The notes under the pieces were generated by a model that did no database searches, had not been told where the DNA came from, and was given only the letters and a program-made list of their open reading frames with translations. Below, in pieces: positions 33,099 through 44,786 of a DNA stretch of 64,000 nucleotides (position 1 is its first letter; every line of letters starts with the position of its first letter). The translations under genes were made by a program, and so were the position numbers. Source of the DNA: Alphaproteobacteria bacterium (GTDB lineage Bacteria > Pseudomonadota > Alphaproteobacteria > RS24); NCBI GenBank assembly GCA_965658615.1, contig CBFHSX010000004.1, positions 5,263-69,262 of the forward strand. The letters are read 5' to 3'.

Positions 33099-34072
33099 TG
33101 GCCGTGTTCACCCATATTGAAAGCGACATGCTGGCGGCCTTTTGGGCCGATTACCCGCTCGCCGAGCTAAAAAGCTTTAAGGGCATTCAAGCCGGGGTGC
33201 AAAACAGCAATTTCATCGTCGAAGCTGCGGATGCGAAATATATTCTGACCATTTATGAGGATACGGCGACCGGCGTAAACCCGGATGACCTGCCGTATTT
33301 TTTGGGTCTGATGCAGCATTTGGCCGGTCAGGGCATAAATTGCCCGACCCCGATTGCCCGCCAAGATGGCGCGCTTTTGGGGCAATTGGCCGGCAAGCCG
33401 GCGGCTTTGGTCAGTTTTCTCGACGGGCGCGGCACGATTACGCCGAAGCCGCAACATTGCCGCAATGCCGGTGCGGCATTGGCCGAAATGCATTTGGCGG
33501 GTGAGGGTTTCTCGCTGCACCGCGCCAATGATCAGGGGCCGGATAAGTGGCAGAGCCTGTTTCAGGCTTGTGCGGCGCGCGCCGATGAGGTGACGCCCGG
33601 GCTAACCGAACTGATGCAAAGCGAGCTGGCCCGTCTGGCCGATGATTGGCCGACCGATTTGCCGCGCGGTATCATCCATGCCGATTTATTTCCCGATAAT
33701 GTATTTTTCATCAATCGCGACGTCACCGGTCTGATCGATTTTTATTTCGCCTGCAATGATATTTGGGCCTATGACCTGGCCATTATGCTGAATGCGTGGT
33801 GCTTTGAGGCGGATGTGAATTTCAACATCACCAAAGCCCGCGCACTTTTATCGGGCTATCAATCAGTGCGCCCCATGTCGACCCAAGAGATTGACGCGCT
33901 GCCGGTGCTGGCGGCGGGCGCGGCGATGCGGTTTTTATCGACCCGCCTGCATGATTGGCTAAACCAACCGGAGGAGGCACTTCTGGTGCCGAAAAATCCG
34001 GTCGATTATCTGCGTCGCCTGCGCTTTCATCGGCATGTCAAAAGCGCGGCGGATTATGGATTGGAGTTGTAA
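33098..34072 (+). CDS. thrB: Homoserine kinase, type II
   Basis: MAVFTH, GIQAGVQNSNF, IHADLFPDNVFF, IDFYFAC; ispH-thrB-rnhA order. Confidence 0.95.
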   Translation: MAVFTHIESDMLAAFWADYPLAELKSFKGIQAGVQNSNFIVEAADAKYILTIYEDTATGVNPDDLPYFLGLMQHLAGQGINCPTPIARQDGALLGQLAGKPAALVSFLDGRGTITPKPQHCRNAGAALAEMHLAGEGFSLHRANDQGPDKWQSLFQACAARADEVTPGLTELMQSELARLADDWPTDLPRGIIHADLFPDNVFFINRDVTGLIDFYFACNDIWAYDLAIMLNAWCFEADVNFNITKARALLSGYQSVRPMSTQEIDALPVLAAGAAMRFLSTRLHDWLNQPEEALLVPKNPVDYLRRLRFHRHVKSAADYGLEL

Positions 34073-34501
34073 ATGTATGTGATCTTCACCGATGGGGCTT
34101 GCTCGGGCAATCCCGGCCCCGGCGGCTGGGGTGCCAGGCTGGAAGGGCCGGACGGCGTCACCGAGTTAAAGGGCGGCGAGGCATCGACCACCAATAATCG
34201 CATGGAATTACTGGCCGCCATTGAGGCCCTGGCCAGCCTACCCGATGGCGCGCAAGTGACGCTGACCACGGACAGCACTTATGTAAAAGAAGGCATTTCC
34301 AGCTGGATTCATAATTGGAAGAAACGCGGCTGGAAGACAGCCGCCAAAAAGCCGGTCAAAAATGTTGATTTATGGCAGGCGCTGGATGCACAAAGCGCCC
34401 GCCACACAATCGATTGGCAATGGGTTAAAGGCCATGCCGGCCATCCGGGCAATGAGCGCGCTGATGAGCTGGCGCGTACCGGAATGGCCCCCTACTTATA
34501 G
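34073..34501 (+). CDS. rnhA: Ribonuclease HI
   Basis: [41 protein letters not shown]. Confidence 0.98.
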   Translation: MYVIFTDGACSGNPGPGGWGARLEGPDGVTELKGGEASTTNNRMELLAAIEALASLPDGAQVTLTTDSTYVKEGISSWIHNWKKRGWKTAAKKPVKNVDLWQALDAQSARHTIDWQWVKGHAGHPGNERADELARTGMAPYL

Positions 34502-34574
34502 GGCCATGACCAAAAAAAGAGTAATGGCCCCCTATTTATAGGGCCATGCCTCTCAAAAAAGCATGGCCCTTTAT
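34483..34574. repeat. Palindromic tandem repeat array (2.5 units, about 40-bp period)
   Basis: AATGGCCCCCTA(C/T)TTATAGGGCCATG at 34483-34508 and 34523-34548; partial third copy CATGGCCC at 34562; five alternating ATGGCCC/GGGCCAT heptamers. Confidence 0.9.
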
Positions 34575-34580
34575 TATTTC
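34540..34580. terminator. Probable terminator hairpin between convergent rnhA and peroxiredoxin
   Basis: Perfect 10-bp stem AGGGCCATGC/GCATGGCCCT with an 11-nt loop, followed by TTATTATTT on the + strand. Confidence 0.6.
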
Positions 34581-34583
34581 GGA

Positions 34584-35069
34584 TTACAGCTGCGCCAGCA
34601 GGTTCTCGGCGCCGCTATCGACCGCTTGACCGGGATTGCTCTCGACATTCAGCGTCTCAATTATGCCGTCGCGGACAATCATTGAATAACGCAGCGAGCG
34701 CGTGCCCATGCCAAAGCCCGAGCCGTCCATGGACAGGCCGAGCTTTTCGGTCAGCTCGCCATTGCCGTCACCGACCATCATGACTTTGCCGCCTGCGCCT
34801 TGCTGCTCGCCCCAAGCGCCCATAACAAAAGCGTCATTGACCGACAGGCAAATAATCGTATCGACACCGGCGGAACGCAATTCCTCGGATTTCTCGATAA
34901 AGCCCGGCAGGTGTTGGTTCGAACAGGTCGGCGTAAACGCGCCCGGCAGGGCGAAAAGGGCGACGGTTTTGCCGTCGAATAATTCGGCGGTGGTAATCGG
35001 TGCCGGACCCGCATCGCTCATATGCATAAGCTGCGCGTCGGGCATTTTATCTCCGGGTTTCACTGTCAT
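34584..35069 (-). CDS. Peroxiredoxin, Prx5/redoxin type
   Basis: LPGAFTPTCSNQHLPGF, CLSVNDAFVMGAW, GMGTRSLRYSM. Confidence 0.95.
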   Translation of the reverse strand: MTVKPGDKMPDAQLMHMSDAGPAPITTAELFDGKTVALFALPGAFTPTCSNQHLPGFIEKSEELRSAGVDTIICLSVNDAFVMGAWGEQQGAGGKVMMVGDGNGELTEKLGLSMDGSGFGMGTRSLRYSMIVRDGIIETLNVESNPGQAVDSGAENLLAQL

Positions 35070-35087
35070 TTTTTTGCTCCTTCAGTG

Positions 35088-35906
35088 TTAATTCGGTCGA
35101 TCCTGCGGCATCAGCCGATGGTCGGTTATGTCAATATCCGCTTCAATGGCGCGCGCGCCGTCGCGGACAGCCAATTTCAATTTACGTCCGATCAGCGGAT
35201 GGTCAAGCTTCGACCATGCCGGCACCTCAATAAGGAAGGAAGCCGGATGCTTGGCAGCGACGCGCGGCGGACCGATAATATCGTGCGGGCCGGGTACGAT
35301 CATCACTTGCGGGTCTTGCAAGTTTTCACCCGTCACCACAACTTGCAGCGACACACCGTCAAAACTAATGCCGCCAATACCAAGACCGGCGCTCGGTTTT
35401 TGGGCTTGCGCGGCCAACATGTCGGCGATGCGCGCGCCATGCGGGCCGGCGCGCAAACGTTTCGTATCGAGCATCAGCCCGGCCTCGAGATCCATCGGGA
35501 TGCAGACCTCACGGCACACGCCAATCAAGCCGGTAAAATTGAGCGTCGCTTTATTGCGGGTAAAGTCTAAGGGAAAGACGAAACCGGCTTTATCTGCATA
35601 ACCGAAATAGCCACCAACCCCATCGTCAAAAAAATGCGGGGCCGGAAAAACCGTCGGCCCGACCGCCAGCGCGTCAGACGCCTCCAGCGTAAATTCGGGC
35701 GCAATGCCGCTGGCGCCGGGGAAGCGCCAATAAGTGTGCCAACCCGGCTTCAACTGCACTTCCAGCGCCGCGTAAAACTTACCATCCACCTCGCCGGCAA
35801 TCAGCCGCCATCGGGCCGGGTCTTTATCAACCCATAGGCTGTCGACGGCGCGCGCCGGGCCAGAGGTCAAGAGGCACAAGGCGAGCATTAACGAAAACAA
35901 TCTCAT
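35088..35906 (-). CDS. Periplasmic DsbD/DsbC-domain disulfide reductase-like protein
   Basis: Signal peptide, GWHTYWRFPGASGIAP, GVCREVCIP; start refined to ATG 35906. Confidence 0.85.
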   Translation of the reverse strand: MRLFSLMLALCLLTSGPARAVDSLWVDKDPARWRLIAGEVDGKFYAALEVQLKPGWHTYWRFPGASGIAPEFTLEASDALAVGPTVFPAPHFFDDGVGGYFGYADKAGFVFPLDFTRNKATLNFTGLIGVCREVCIPMDLEAGLMLDTKRLRAGPHGARIADMLAAQAQKPSAGLGIGGISFDGVSLQVVVTGENLQDPQVMIVPGPHDIIGPPRVAAKHPASFLIEVPAWSKLDHPLIGRKLKLAVRDGARAIEADIDITDHRLMPQDRPN

Positions 35907-35982
35907 GGCGAAAATATAGCCGCTTCGGTGCAATAAAACGAGTAACAAAACCTTATTGTTTCGCACCCGCCAGTTACCTAAC

Positions 35983-36552
35983 ATGATGGCGATGGAGAAC
36001 GGCCATGACACAAATCTGACCGGTCGGTTTTTACTGGCCATGCCCGGCATGGGTGATCCGCGCTTTGAGCGCGGGGTTATTTATATGCTGTCGCATGATG
36101 CAGAAGGCGCCATGGGTTTTATCGTCAACCAACCGGCAGAAGGGCTTACATTGGGCGAGATTGCGCAAAACTTGCCCGAAAATGTCGCTTCGACCGGGTT
36201 GGTCAATCTACCGGTCTATGTGGGCGGGCCGGTCCAAAATGATAGCGGCTTTGTGCTTTATTCAGTCGAAGACGATGATGCAGAAGAACTGCCGGTCGGG
36301 CTGACCCAATCGATGGATATTCTGGTTGAGGCGGCGCATGGGCGCGGCCCCCGCCATATGCGCCTGCTGCTCGGCTATGCCGGTTGGGGGCCGGGCCAGC
36401 TTGAGGGCGAAATTCAGGCCAATGCGTGGCTGATTTGCCCAGCTGATTTGGACGATGTTTTCACCGCCCGACCGGATGAATTATACCAAAAATGCGCCGC
36501 CCGCCTCGGCATTGATTTGGGCCTGCTCAGCCAAGACGGCGGCGAAGCCTAG
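35983..36552 (+). CDS. YqgE/AlgH family protein
   Basis: LLAMPGMGDPRF, GAMGFIVN, GGPV, LGYAGWGPGQLEGEI. Confidence 0.93.
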   Translation: MMAMENGHDTNLTGRFLLAMPGMGDPRFERGVIYMLSHDAEGAMGFIVNQPAEGLTLGEIAQNLPENVASTGLVNLPVYVGGPVQNDSGFVLYSVEDDDAEELPVGLTQSMDILVEAAHGRGPRHMRLLLGYAGWGPGQLEGEIQANAWLICPADLDDVFTARPDELYQKCAARLGIDLGLLSQDGGEA

Positions 36553-37460
36553 CCGCGCTGCTGGCGATCGGGCACAAACACCGCGCCGAGCAAAACGCTG
36601 GCGCAGGTCAGCGTCATGAAAATATGCCCCAATTCGGCCGATAAAAGCCCCGCATAGCCCGGATCGATAACCTGCCATGTCCAAAGCCCGATACTGGTCA
36701 CCAGCCATATATCGGTGACGATAATCACCCGCGTCCAATAATTGCGGTGCATGATTTGCTTGATCACCAAATTGACATGCGCCAGCACACTCATCGCCAC
36801 GCCAATGGCGAAGCTGAAGCGAATAATCGTCAAGCGATTGGCCTGCCAGTCAACAAACATGCCCTCATCGGGCAGCACATCGCGCATCCAAAGACTGGCC
36901 AAAAGCACCATCAAACCGCCACCCATAATGACGGCATATACGGCGCGCCGCGAACGGCGATAAATACCGACCGCGACAGCCAGCACAAAACCGATACTCA
37001 AAAACAAAAGCAATGCGGCATGAAATGTCTGACGCCGTGCCTCAAATGCGGCGTGCCCCTCGGGCGACCATAAATATAAGACCGGCGCCTTATCGACCCC
37101 CAATAGATAAAAACTCTGCACCGCGCCGGCCGGAACCGAGAAACCAAGCTCGCCGGGGCGGCCGGGCTTGGCGGCAAATTCGCGATCATCGGAAGAAAAC
37201 AGACGCAACGCAGCGCGGTTTTGACCCTGCAGCATAAAGGCGGCGACCAAATCGAGCGGCGCCGCGCGGGTAATCAGCAGATCGGTTTCGGTGGAGCCGC
37301 CATTTTGAATCGAAAAGATCGCTCGATCATCCTGCCGGTCACTGAGATAAGGATGCAATTCAAGGACCTGAAAATCCTCGCGCAAGCGCAGCGGGTCAGA
37401 GGCCTGAGCCGGCGCGAGGGCGGCCACCAAAAAACATAAAGCGGCCAGCACCCCCCGCAT
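36549..37460 (-). CDS. 7TMR-DISM-like sensor protein without cytoplasmic output (truncated RgsP-like)
   Basis: Signal peptide, about 125-aa periplasmic domain ending PVLYLWSP, then about 5 TM helices and a stop; ATG overlaps the thrC TAA; convergent with yqgE. Confidence 0.65.
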   Translation of the reverse strand: MRGVLAALCFLVAALAPAQASDPLRLREDFQVLELHPYLSDRQDDRAIFSIQNGGSTETDLLITRAAPLDLVAAFMLQGQNRAALRLFSSDDREFAAKPGRPGELGFSVPAGAVQSFYLLGVDKAPVLYLWSPEGHAAFEARRQTFHAALLLFLSIGFVLAVAVGIYRRSRRAVYAVIMGGGLMVLLASLWMRDVLPDEGMFVDWQANRLTIIRFSFAIGVAMSVLAHVNLVIKQIMHRNYWTRVIIVTDIWLVTSIGLWTWQVIDPGYAGLLSAELGHIFMTLTCASVLLGAVFVPDRQQRG

Positions 37461-38857
37461 TAGCCGATCCGGGATTTTTCGCGAATGAGGTTTTCAACTG
37501 CCAGCAAATCATTCGGCGCTTGGCTGAAGCGCTCGGGCAGGTCCATCATATCGGTTACGCGCTGCGGTGTGTCGGGCGTCGTGCCATAGGCTTGCTCGAC
37601 CGCTTTCGGGAATTTCGCCGGATGCGCCGTCGCCAATGTCACCATCGGCACATCATCAGCCAGCACGGCGCGTTCAGCCGCGCCGACACCGACCGCGCTA
37701 TGCGGGTCGATTTGGAAACCGCAATCAGCACTGGTTTCCTGCATAATTTTAATCGTTTCGTCTTGGTCAATACGTTCGGCGGCAAACAGCGCGCGCATGA
37801 GTTGCAATTCGCCCTCGCTCATTTCAAAACGACCGCTTTGCGCCAGATTGCCCATCAGCCCGCGCACCCGCGTCGCATCGCGACCAGTCAATTCAAACAA
37901 AAGCCGCTCGAAATTGCTCGACACCTGAATATCCATAGACGGGCTGGAAGTGGCAACCACCGTGCCCGTTTCATACACGCCACTGGCCAATGTGCGGGCC
38001 AGAATATCGTTCACATTGGTGGCGATCATTAATTGTGCGATCGGCAAGCCCATTTGCGCCGCCACATAGCCGGCAAAAATATCGCCGAAATTACCGGTCG
38101 GCACTGAATAGGCAACCGGCTGTTCGGGCGCGCCCAGCCTGGCGGCGGAGGTGAAGTAATAGGTAATTTGCGCCATCACCCGCGCCCAATTGATCGAATT
38201 GACCCCGGCCAAAGACATTTCCTGACGAAACGGCATATCGTTAAACATGGATTTGACCAGTGCCTGACAATCGTCAAATGTGCCGTCAATCGCCAGCGTA
38301 TGCACATTGGCATCGGTCGGCGTGGTCATTTGTTTGCGCTGCACATCCGAGACGCGGCCATCGGGAAACAGGATAAACACATCAACCGCTTCGCGCCCCC
38401 GAAACGCCTCAATCGCCGCACCGCCCGTATCGCCTGAGGTCGCCCCGATAATGGTCGCGCGCTCACCACGACGGATCAGCGCGTCATCCATCAGGCGCGC
38501 CAGCAATTGCATGGCGACGTCTTTAAAAGCCAGCGTCGGGCCGTGATATAATTCGAGAAAATACTGCCCCTCGCCCAATTGGCTGAGCGGGGCAATCTCC
38601 TCACGGGTAAAGCCGGCATAGGCTTCATCGACCATGGCTTCCAGCCGGTCGCGCGGCACATCATCGCCCATAAAAGGATGCAGCACCTCGACTGCGACAC
38701 GCTGAAACGACGCGCCTTGAAAGCTTTTCAGCATGGCTTCAGTCAGGCGCGGCCAGCTTTCGGGCACATAAAGACCGCCATCGGAAGCGAGGCCGGCGAG
38801 CAGCGCATCCTCAAAACTCAATTCCGGCGCTTGGCCGCGGGTCGATAAATATCTCAC
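37460..38857 (-). CDS. thrC: Threonine synthase
   Basis: MRYLSTRG, GLASDGGLYVP, PLP-Lys HGPTLAFKD, ATSGDTG, NSINWAR, VPTGNFGD. Confidence 0.98.
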   Translation of the reverse strand: MRYLSTRGQAPELSFEDALLAGLASDGGLYVPESWPRLTEAMLKSFQGASFQRVAVEVLHPFMGDDVPRDRLEAMVDEAYAGFTREEIAPLSQLGEGQYFLELYHGPTLAFKDVAMQLLARLMDDALIRRGERATIIGATSGDTGGAAIEAFRGREAVDVFILFPDGRVSDVQRKQMTTPTDANVHTLAIDGTFDDCQALVKSMFNDMPFRQEMSLAGVNSINWARVMAQITYYFTSAARLGAPEQPVAYSVPTGNFGDIFAGYVAAQMGLPIAQLMIATNVNDILARTLASGVYETGTVVATSSPSMDIQVSSNFERLLFELTGRDATRVRGLMGNLAQSGRFEMSEGELQLMRALFAAERIDQDETIKIMQETSADCGFQIDPHSAVGVGAAERAVLADDVPMVTLATAHPAKFPKAVEQAYGTTPDTPQRVTDMMDLPERFSQAPNDLLAVENLIREKSRIG

Positions 38858-39615
38858 CGGTTTTCATCTCCTTGGCCGTGCGAGGCCGGTTTGTGGCGGT
38901 TTTTCCAGAGACGGATGTGCCACAGACCGGAAATAATCACAAGCACTATGGCAAGTCCGAACCATGTGCCGGCATATTGCAAATGATTATTGGCAATCTT
39001 CATGCGCGTTTGTCCGCCGCGCGGCCAGTGTTTGCCCGGCGCGGCGCTCTCGGCCAGAAACACCGGCAAATCCATGCGCCAATAGTGACCTATGGCTTTG
39101 GGGTCGCGAACATAAACCAGCCCCTCGGTCGGCTTATCGGCATTGTCGAAACGCCCGCGCCGGTCAGGCCAGCGCAAAATGACATCGAGATTATGCACGC
39201 CATCGGGGTTGGCATCGGGCGTATCTTTCAGCCGCGCCGGAACAAAACCGCGATCGAGCAATAAGGGCGTACCATCGCTCAGCACAAAGGGAACCAAAAC
39301 GTGATAGCCCGCCGCATCGCGTCGCGGCAAACCCTTCGGCTTGTTTTCAATTTGCGTGAACCAGAACAGCTGTTCGCGGCCATAGCGCCCGCGCAAAGTG
39401 GCGCGGCGATACTCGTCATCCTGTTTGCTGAGCGCTTGAATATCCGCCGCTTCGGCAATGGTGAAAGCGGGAGCGGCTTGCCGCGCCGCGATGCGTGCCA
39501 GAAGCTCTTGCTTCCACGAAAGCCTCTCGACCTGCCAAAACCCCAAAGCCAGCAAAGCGGCCAGCATGATGGCGGTCAAAAAAGCGGGCAAAAAGAAACG
39601 CAGGGAATAAGACAT
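38854..39615 (-). CDS. surf1: SURF1/Shy1 cytochrome oxidase assembly protein
   Basis: LGFWQVERLSWK, LLDRGFVP, NNHLQYAGTWFGLA. Confidence 0.93.
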   Translation of the reverse strand: MSYSLRFFLPAFLTAIMLAALLALGFWQVERLSWKQELLARIAARQAAPAFTIAEAADIQALSKQDDEYRRATLRGRYGREQLFWFTQIENKPKGLPRRDAAGYHVLVPFVLSDGTPLLLDRGFVPARLKDTPDANPDGVHNLDVILRWPDRRGRFDNADKPTEGLVYVRDPKAIGHYWRMDLPVFLAESAAPGKHWPRGGQTRMKIANNHLQYAGTWFGLAIVLVIISGLWHIRLWKNRHKPASHGQGDENR

Positions 39616-39648
39616 ATTTATCCCCTACGTTCCAAAATCAGACAGGTC

Positions 39649-40476
39649 TTAATGCGACGCGCCGGCACCCAGAATGTAGATGACGACGAACAGGAAAAGC
39701 CAGACGACATCGACAAAGTGCCAGTACCAAGCCGCCGCTTCGAAACCGAAATGCTGTTGCGATGAGAAATGACCCTTCATCGCGCGCAGCAGGCAGACCA
39801 GCAGGAAGATGGTGCCGACCAAAACGTGGAAACCGTGAAAACCGGTCGCCATATAGAAAGTCGCGCCATAAATATGGCCGGAGAAACCGAATGCGGCGTG
39901 TTGATATTCGTAAACCTGAAACACGGTGAACAGCGCGCCCAGAGCAACTGTGAGGATAAGACCCCATTTCAGCCCTTCGCGGTCATCATGTTGCAGCGCA
40001 TGGTGCGCCCAAGTGACTGTCGTGCCCGAAGTCAGCAGCACCAGCGTATTGATCAGCGGCAAGTGCCACGGGTCAAAGGTTTCAATGCCCTCGGGCGGCC
40101 AGACACCGCCGGTCAGCGCGGCGCGCTCGGCTTGAATGGCCTCGCCCGGATACAGGCTGATATCGAAATAAGCCCAGAACCAAGCGACAAAAAACATAAC
40201 TTCCGAGGCGATGAACAAAATCATGCCATAGCGATGGTGCATTTGAACAACCGGCGTATGGTCGCCTTGGTCCGCCTCTTTGACGACGTCGCGCCACCAA
40301 GCCAGCATGGTGTAAAGCACACCGGCCAGACCGACCAGCATGACCCACGGCGTATCGTCGTGAAAATATTGCACGGCACCAATCGACAGCAATAACACGC
40401 TGATCGAGGCCACAACGGGCCATGGGCTCGGGTCTACCAGATGATAGTCGTGATTTTTTGCGTGACTGTCAGCCAT
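39649..40476 (-). CDS. ctaE: Cytochrome c oxidase subunit III
   Basis: [44 protein letters not shown]. Confidence 0.98.
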   Translation of the reverse strand: MADSHAKNHDYHLVDPSPWPVVASISVLLLSIGAVQYFHDDTPWVMLVGLAGVLYTMLAWWRDVVKEADQGDHTPVVQMHHRYGMILFIASEVMFFVAWFWAYFDISLYPGEAIQAERAALTGGVWPPEGIETFDPWHLPLINTLVLLTSGTTVTWAHHALQHDDREGLKWGLILTVALGALFTVFQVYEYQHAAFGFSGHIYGATFYMATGFHGFHVLVGTIFLLVCLLRAMKGHFSSQQHFGFEAAAWYWHFVDVVWLFLFVVIYILGAGASH

Positions 40477-40480
40477 AATT

Positions 40481-41095
40481 CTATCCCCTCGGTGTTGCAG
40501 GATCCGCCTGCTCGTTTATGCGCGGCGTCAAACTATCGGCTGATGCCTCATCTGCCGCCTCAAAGAATGTATAAGACAAAGTGATGGTTTTGACATCATC
40601 CATTTCAGAATCTGTCAGGATTTCCGGATCGATGAAAAAGCTTACCGGCATATCAACGGTCTGACCCGGCGCGAGAACTTGTTCGGTAAAGCAAAAACAA
40701 TCAATCTTCGAAAAATAAATGCCGGCTTGTTCGGGCGTCACATTATAGGTGGCCGTGCCGGTTATGGTGCGGTCGGTTTTGTTGCGGGCGCGATAAAAAG
40801 CCAAGCCCGATTCGCCGACCGGAATATTGACCGCCGCTTCCGGTGCTTCGAAATCCCATGGCAGGCGGCGATTGAGGCTGGCGTCGAAGCGCACGGTCAT
40901 CAGGCGGTCGGAGACCGCGCCCGGCGCGGCTTCGGCCACTTGTGTGGTGCCGCCGAAACCGGTGACGCGACAAAACAGATCATAAAGCGGCACAGCGGCA
41001 TAGGCTGCACCGATCATCGCCACCGCCATCATGGCGGCTCCGCCGGCAACGCGGCGATTGGCTTTTTCAGCTTGCATGTCTGTCCGTTCACTCAT
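40481..41095 (-). CDS. ctaG: Cytochrome c oxidase copper chaperone CtaG/Cox11
   Basis: [31 protein letters not shown]. Confidence 0.97.
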   Translation of the reverse strand: MSERTDMQAEKANRRVAGGAAMMAVAMIGAAYAAVPLYDLFCRVTGFGGTTQVAEAAPGAVSDRLMTVRFDASLNRRLPWDFEAPEAAVNIPVGESGLAFYRARNKTDRTITGTATYNVTPEQAGIYFSKIDCFCFTEQVLAPGQTVDMPVSFFIDPEILTDSEMDDVKTITLSYTFFEAADEASADSLTPRINEQADPATPRG

Positions 41096-41097
41096 GA

Positions 41098-41265
41098 CTA
41101 GAGCGGCCGCGCGGCCACATTGGCTCCCAATTTGGCCAGTGTGACCCAGAAAAACATGCCGACAAAAACCAGCAGCACAATGGCCATAATGGCGGCGCGC
41201 TTGCGGCGTTGTTTCAGCAATTCATCGGTCCAAACCGGATTTTCAATATTGTTTTCGTCGCTCAT
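41098..41265 (-). CDS. Small single-TM protein of the cox operon (55 aa)
   Basis: KQRRKRAAIMAIVL...FFWVTLAKLG; ATGA overlap with the ctaB stop; a similar small gene commonly lies between ctaB and ctaG in Alphaproteobacteria. Confidence 0.8.
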   Translation of the reverse strand: MSDENNIENPVWTDELLKQRRKRAAIMAIVLLVFVGMFFWVTLAKLGANVAARPL

Positions 41266-42185
41266 GAGACCACCAGCCTGTCTGCCGGCAAAAGCACGAA
41301 CAGAAGAAAAAGATAGAAAATTGAATAGGCAAATGTCATGCCCGCCAGACGATTGCGTTGCGCCTCTTTGCACAGCGCCAGCGCCACACATAGGGCCAGA
41401 AACAAACTGCCCAGCACGACCGCACCGAACGCATAAAACGCACCGGCAAAGCCCAATTGATAAGGCAGCAGGGTTACCGCCAACAGCACCACCGCATAGG
41501 CTACGATTTGCGTCAGCGTGGCGGTTGCGCCGGCCGTCACCGGCAGCATGGGCACATTGGCGGCTTTGTAATCATCATTTTTGATGAGGGCCAGCGCCCA
41601 AAAATGCGGCGGCGTCCAGAAAAAGATAATGGCAAAATAAATCAGCGGTTCGACCGATAGCGCATTGGCGCTGGCAGCCCAGCCAATGACCGGCGGCAGC
41701 GCGCCGGCCGCACCGCCAATAACAATGTTTTGCGCCGTCGAGCGCTTCAAAAACATGGTGTAAATAACCGCGTAAAAGAAAATCGTGAAAGCCAAAAGCG
41801 CGGCGCTCAGATAATTGACCATCACCGCCATGCCCAGCACGGACAGGCCGGAAACCCAGAGACCGAACTCTAATGCCGCGTCTTTTGACACACGGCCCGA
41901 CGGGATGGGGCGCGTTTGTGTGCGGCTCATAATCGCGTCAATATCGGCGTCATACCACATATTGAGCGCGGCCGACGCGCCCGCACCGACAGCGATCAAC
42001 ACCAGTGCCGAAATGGCGACAGCCGGGGGCAAAGAGCCCGGCGCCATCACCATGCCGATCAGGGCGGTGAACACAACCAGCGACATGACGCGCGGCTTCA
42101 TCAGAGCGATGAAATCGGCAGCGGAGCCGGCATCCAAAGACACCGGCTCCTGCATTTTCGTCAATGTCTCTTTATTTTGAGACAT
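41262..42185 (-). CDS. ctaB: Heme o synthase (protoheme IX farnesyltransferase)
   Basis: LMKPRVMSLVVFT, NMWYDADID..MSRTQTRPIP, NIVIGGAAG, FWTPPHFWALAL. Confidence 0.97.
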   Translation of the reverse strand: MSQNKETLTKMQEPVSLDAGSAADFIALMKPRVMSLVVFTALIGMVMAPGSLPPAVAISALVLIAVGAGASAALNMWYDADIDAIMSRTQTRPIPSGRVSKDAALEFGLWVSGLSVLGMAVMVNYLSAALLAFTIFFYAVIYTMFLKRSTAQNIVIGGAAGALPPVIGWAASANALSVEPLIYFAIIFFWTPPHFWALALIKNDDYKAANVPMLPVTAGATATLTQIVAYAVVLLAVTLLPYQLGFAGAFYAFGAVVLGSLFLALCVALALCKEAQRNRLAGMTFAYSIFYLFLLFVLLPADRLVVS

Positions 42186-42203
42186 AAGAACTCCTTGTTC
42201 TGC

Positions 42204-43823
<1,620 letters not shown>

Positions 43824-44672
43824 TTAACGCTTTGCGTCGGTTGGTGCCGCGGCGGCATACATGCCGTCGCTCGATTCGATTTGGGCGTATTCGGCCTCGG
43901 CTTCTTCTACCCAAGCGGCAAATTCCGCTTTGCTGACAACTTCAATGCGAATCGGCATGAAGGCGTGGCGAATGCCGCACAACTCAGAACACTGGCCATA
44001 AAACGTGCCGGTTTTCTCGGCACGGAACCAAGTTTCGTTCAAGCGGCCCGGTACGGCGTCGATTTTCAGACCAAAAGCCGGCATGGCGAAAGCATGCAAC
44101 ACATCGGCAGCGGTCACGACCACGCGCACTGTCGTATCGACCGGCACAACCATGGCCGTATCCGTGGCCAAGAGGCGCGGCTGCGCGCCGCGTTCTTCGT
44201 CAGACAGCATCAGCGAATCGAAAGCGAAATCGCCATGGTCGGGATATTCATAACCCCAATACCACTGATAACCGACCGCTTTGACGGTCATATCGGCTTC
44301 CGGAATATCGCGCTGGAAATAAAGCAGACGGAAGGAGGGAATGGCGATGACCACCAGAATGATGATCGGCACAACGGTCCAGATAACTTCGACCAGCGTG
44401 TTATGGGTGGTTTTGCTCGGCTGCGGATTGGCTTTCGCGCTGAAGCGAACCATCACATAAAGCATCAGGCCCAGAACGAGAACCGTAATCGCGGTCATCA
44501 GTACCAGCAGGAAATTATTAAAGTCGGTAATCATCGACATGTTTTGTGTTGCGGCTTCCTGAAAACCCAACTGCCACGGCTCAGGCTTATTGGCCAGTGC
44601 CGGTGCGGTAATGCCTGCAAAAGCGGCCAAAATGGCGGCGCTGCGGCGTGCGATTGACTTAAAAAGACCCAT
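43824..44672 (-). CDS. ctaC: Cytochrome c oxidase subunit II
   Basis: QWYWGYEY, ADVLHAF, CuA motif CSELCGIRHAFM; RBS GGAG before ATG 44672. Confidence 0.98.
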   Translation of the reverse strand: MGLFKSIARRSAAILAAFAGITAPALANKPEPWQLGFQEAATQNMSMITDFNNFLLVLMTAITVLVLGLMLYVMVRFSAKANPQPSKTTHNTLVEVIWTVVPIIILVVIAIPSFRLLYFQRDIPEADMTVKAVGYQWYWGYEYPDHGDFAFDSLMLSDEERGAQPRLLATDTAMVVPVDTTVRVVVTAADVLHAFAMPAFGLKIDAVPGRLNETWFRAEKTGTFYGQCSELCGIRHAFMPIRIEVVSKAEFAAWVEEAEAEYAQIESSDGMYAAAAPTDAKR

Positions 44673-44770
44673 ATTCTGTCTCCAATTGCGAATGGCTTGG
44701 GACTCACCCCTCATAGATGACCATCTCTATACAACACCCAGCAAAAAAATACAGAAATTCTGACGGCCAT

Positions 44771-44786
44771 GCGACTTTATGACCGC
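44771..44786. promoter_or_regulatory. Possible RegA/PrrA-like box in the ctaC/tldD divergent region
   Basis: GCGAC-N6-ACCGC (reverse GCGGT-N6-GTCGC) resembles GCGNC-Nx-GNCGC; degenerate GC-rich motif. Confidence 0.25.

Noticed and set aside
34483-34574. CRISPR array
   Set aside because: Two full repeats only, 13-14-nt A-rich similar linkers, no leader or cas genes, and copy 1 is coding.
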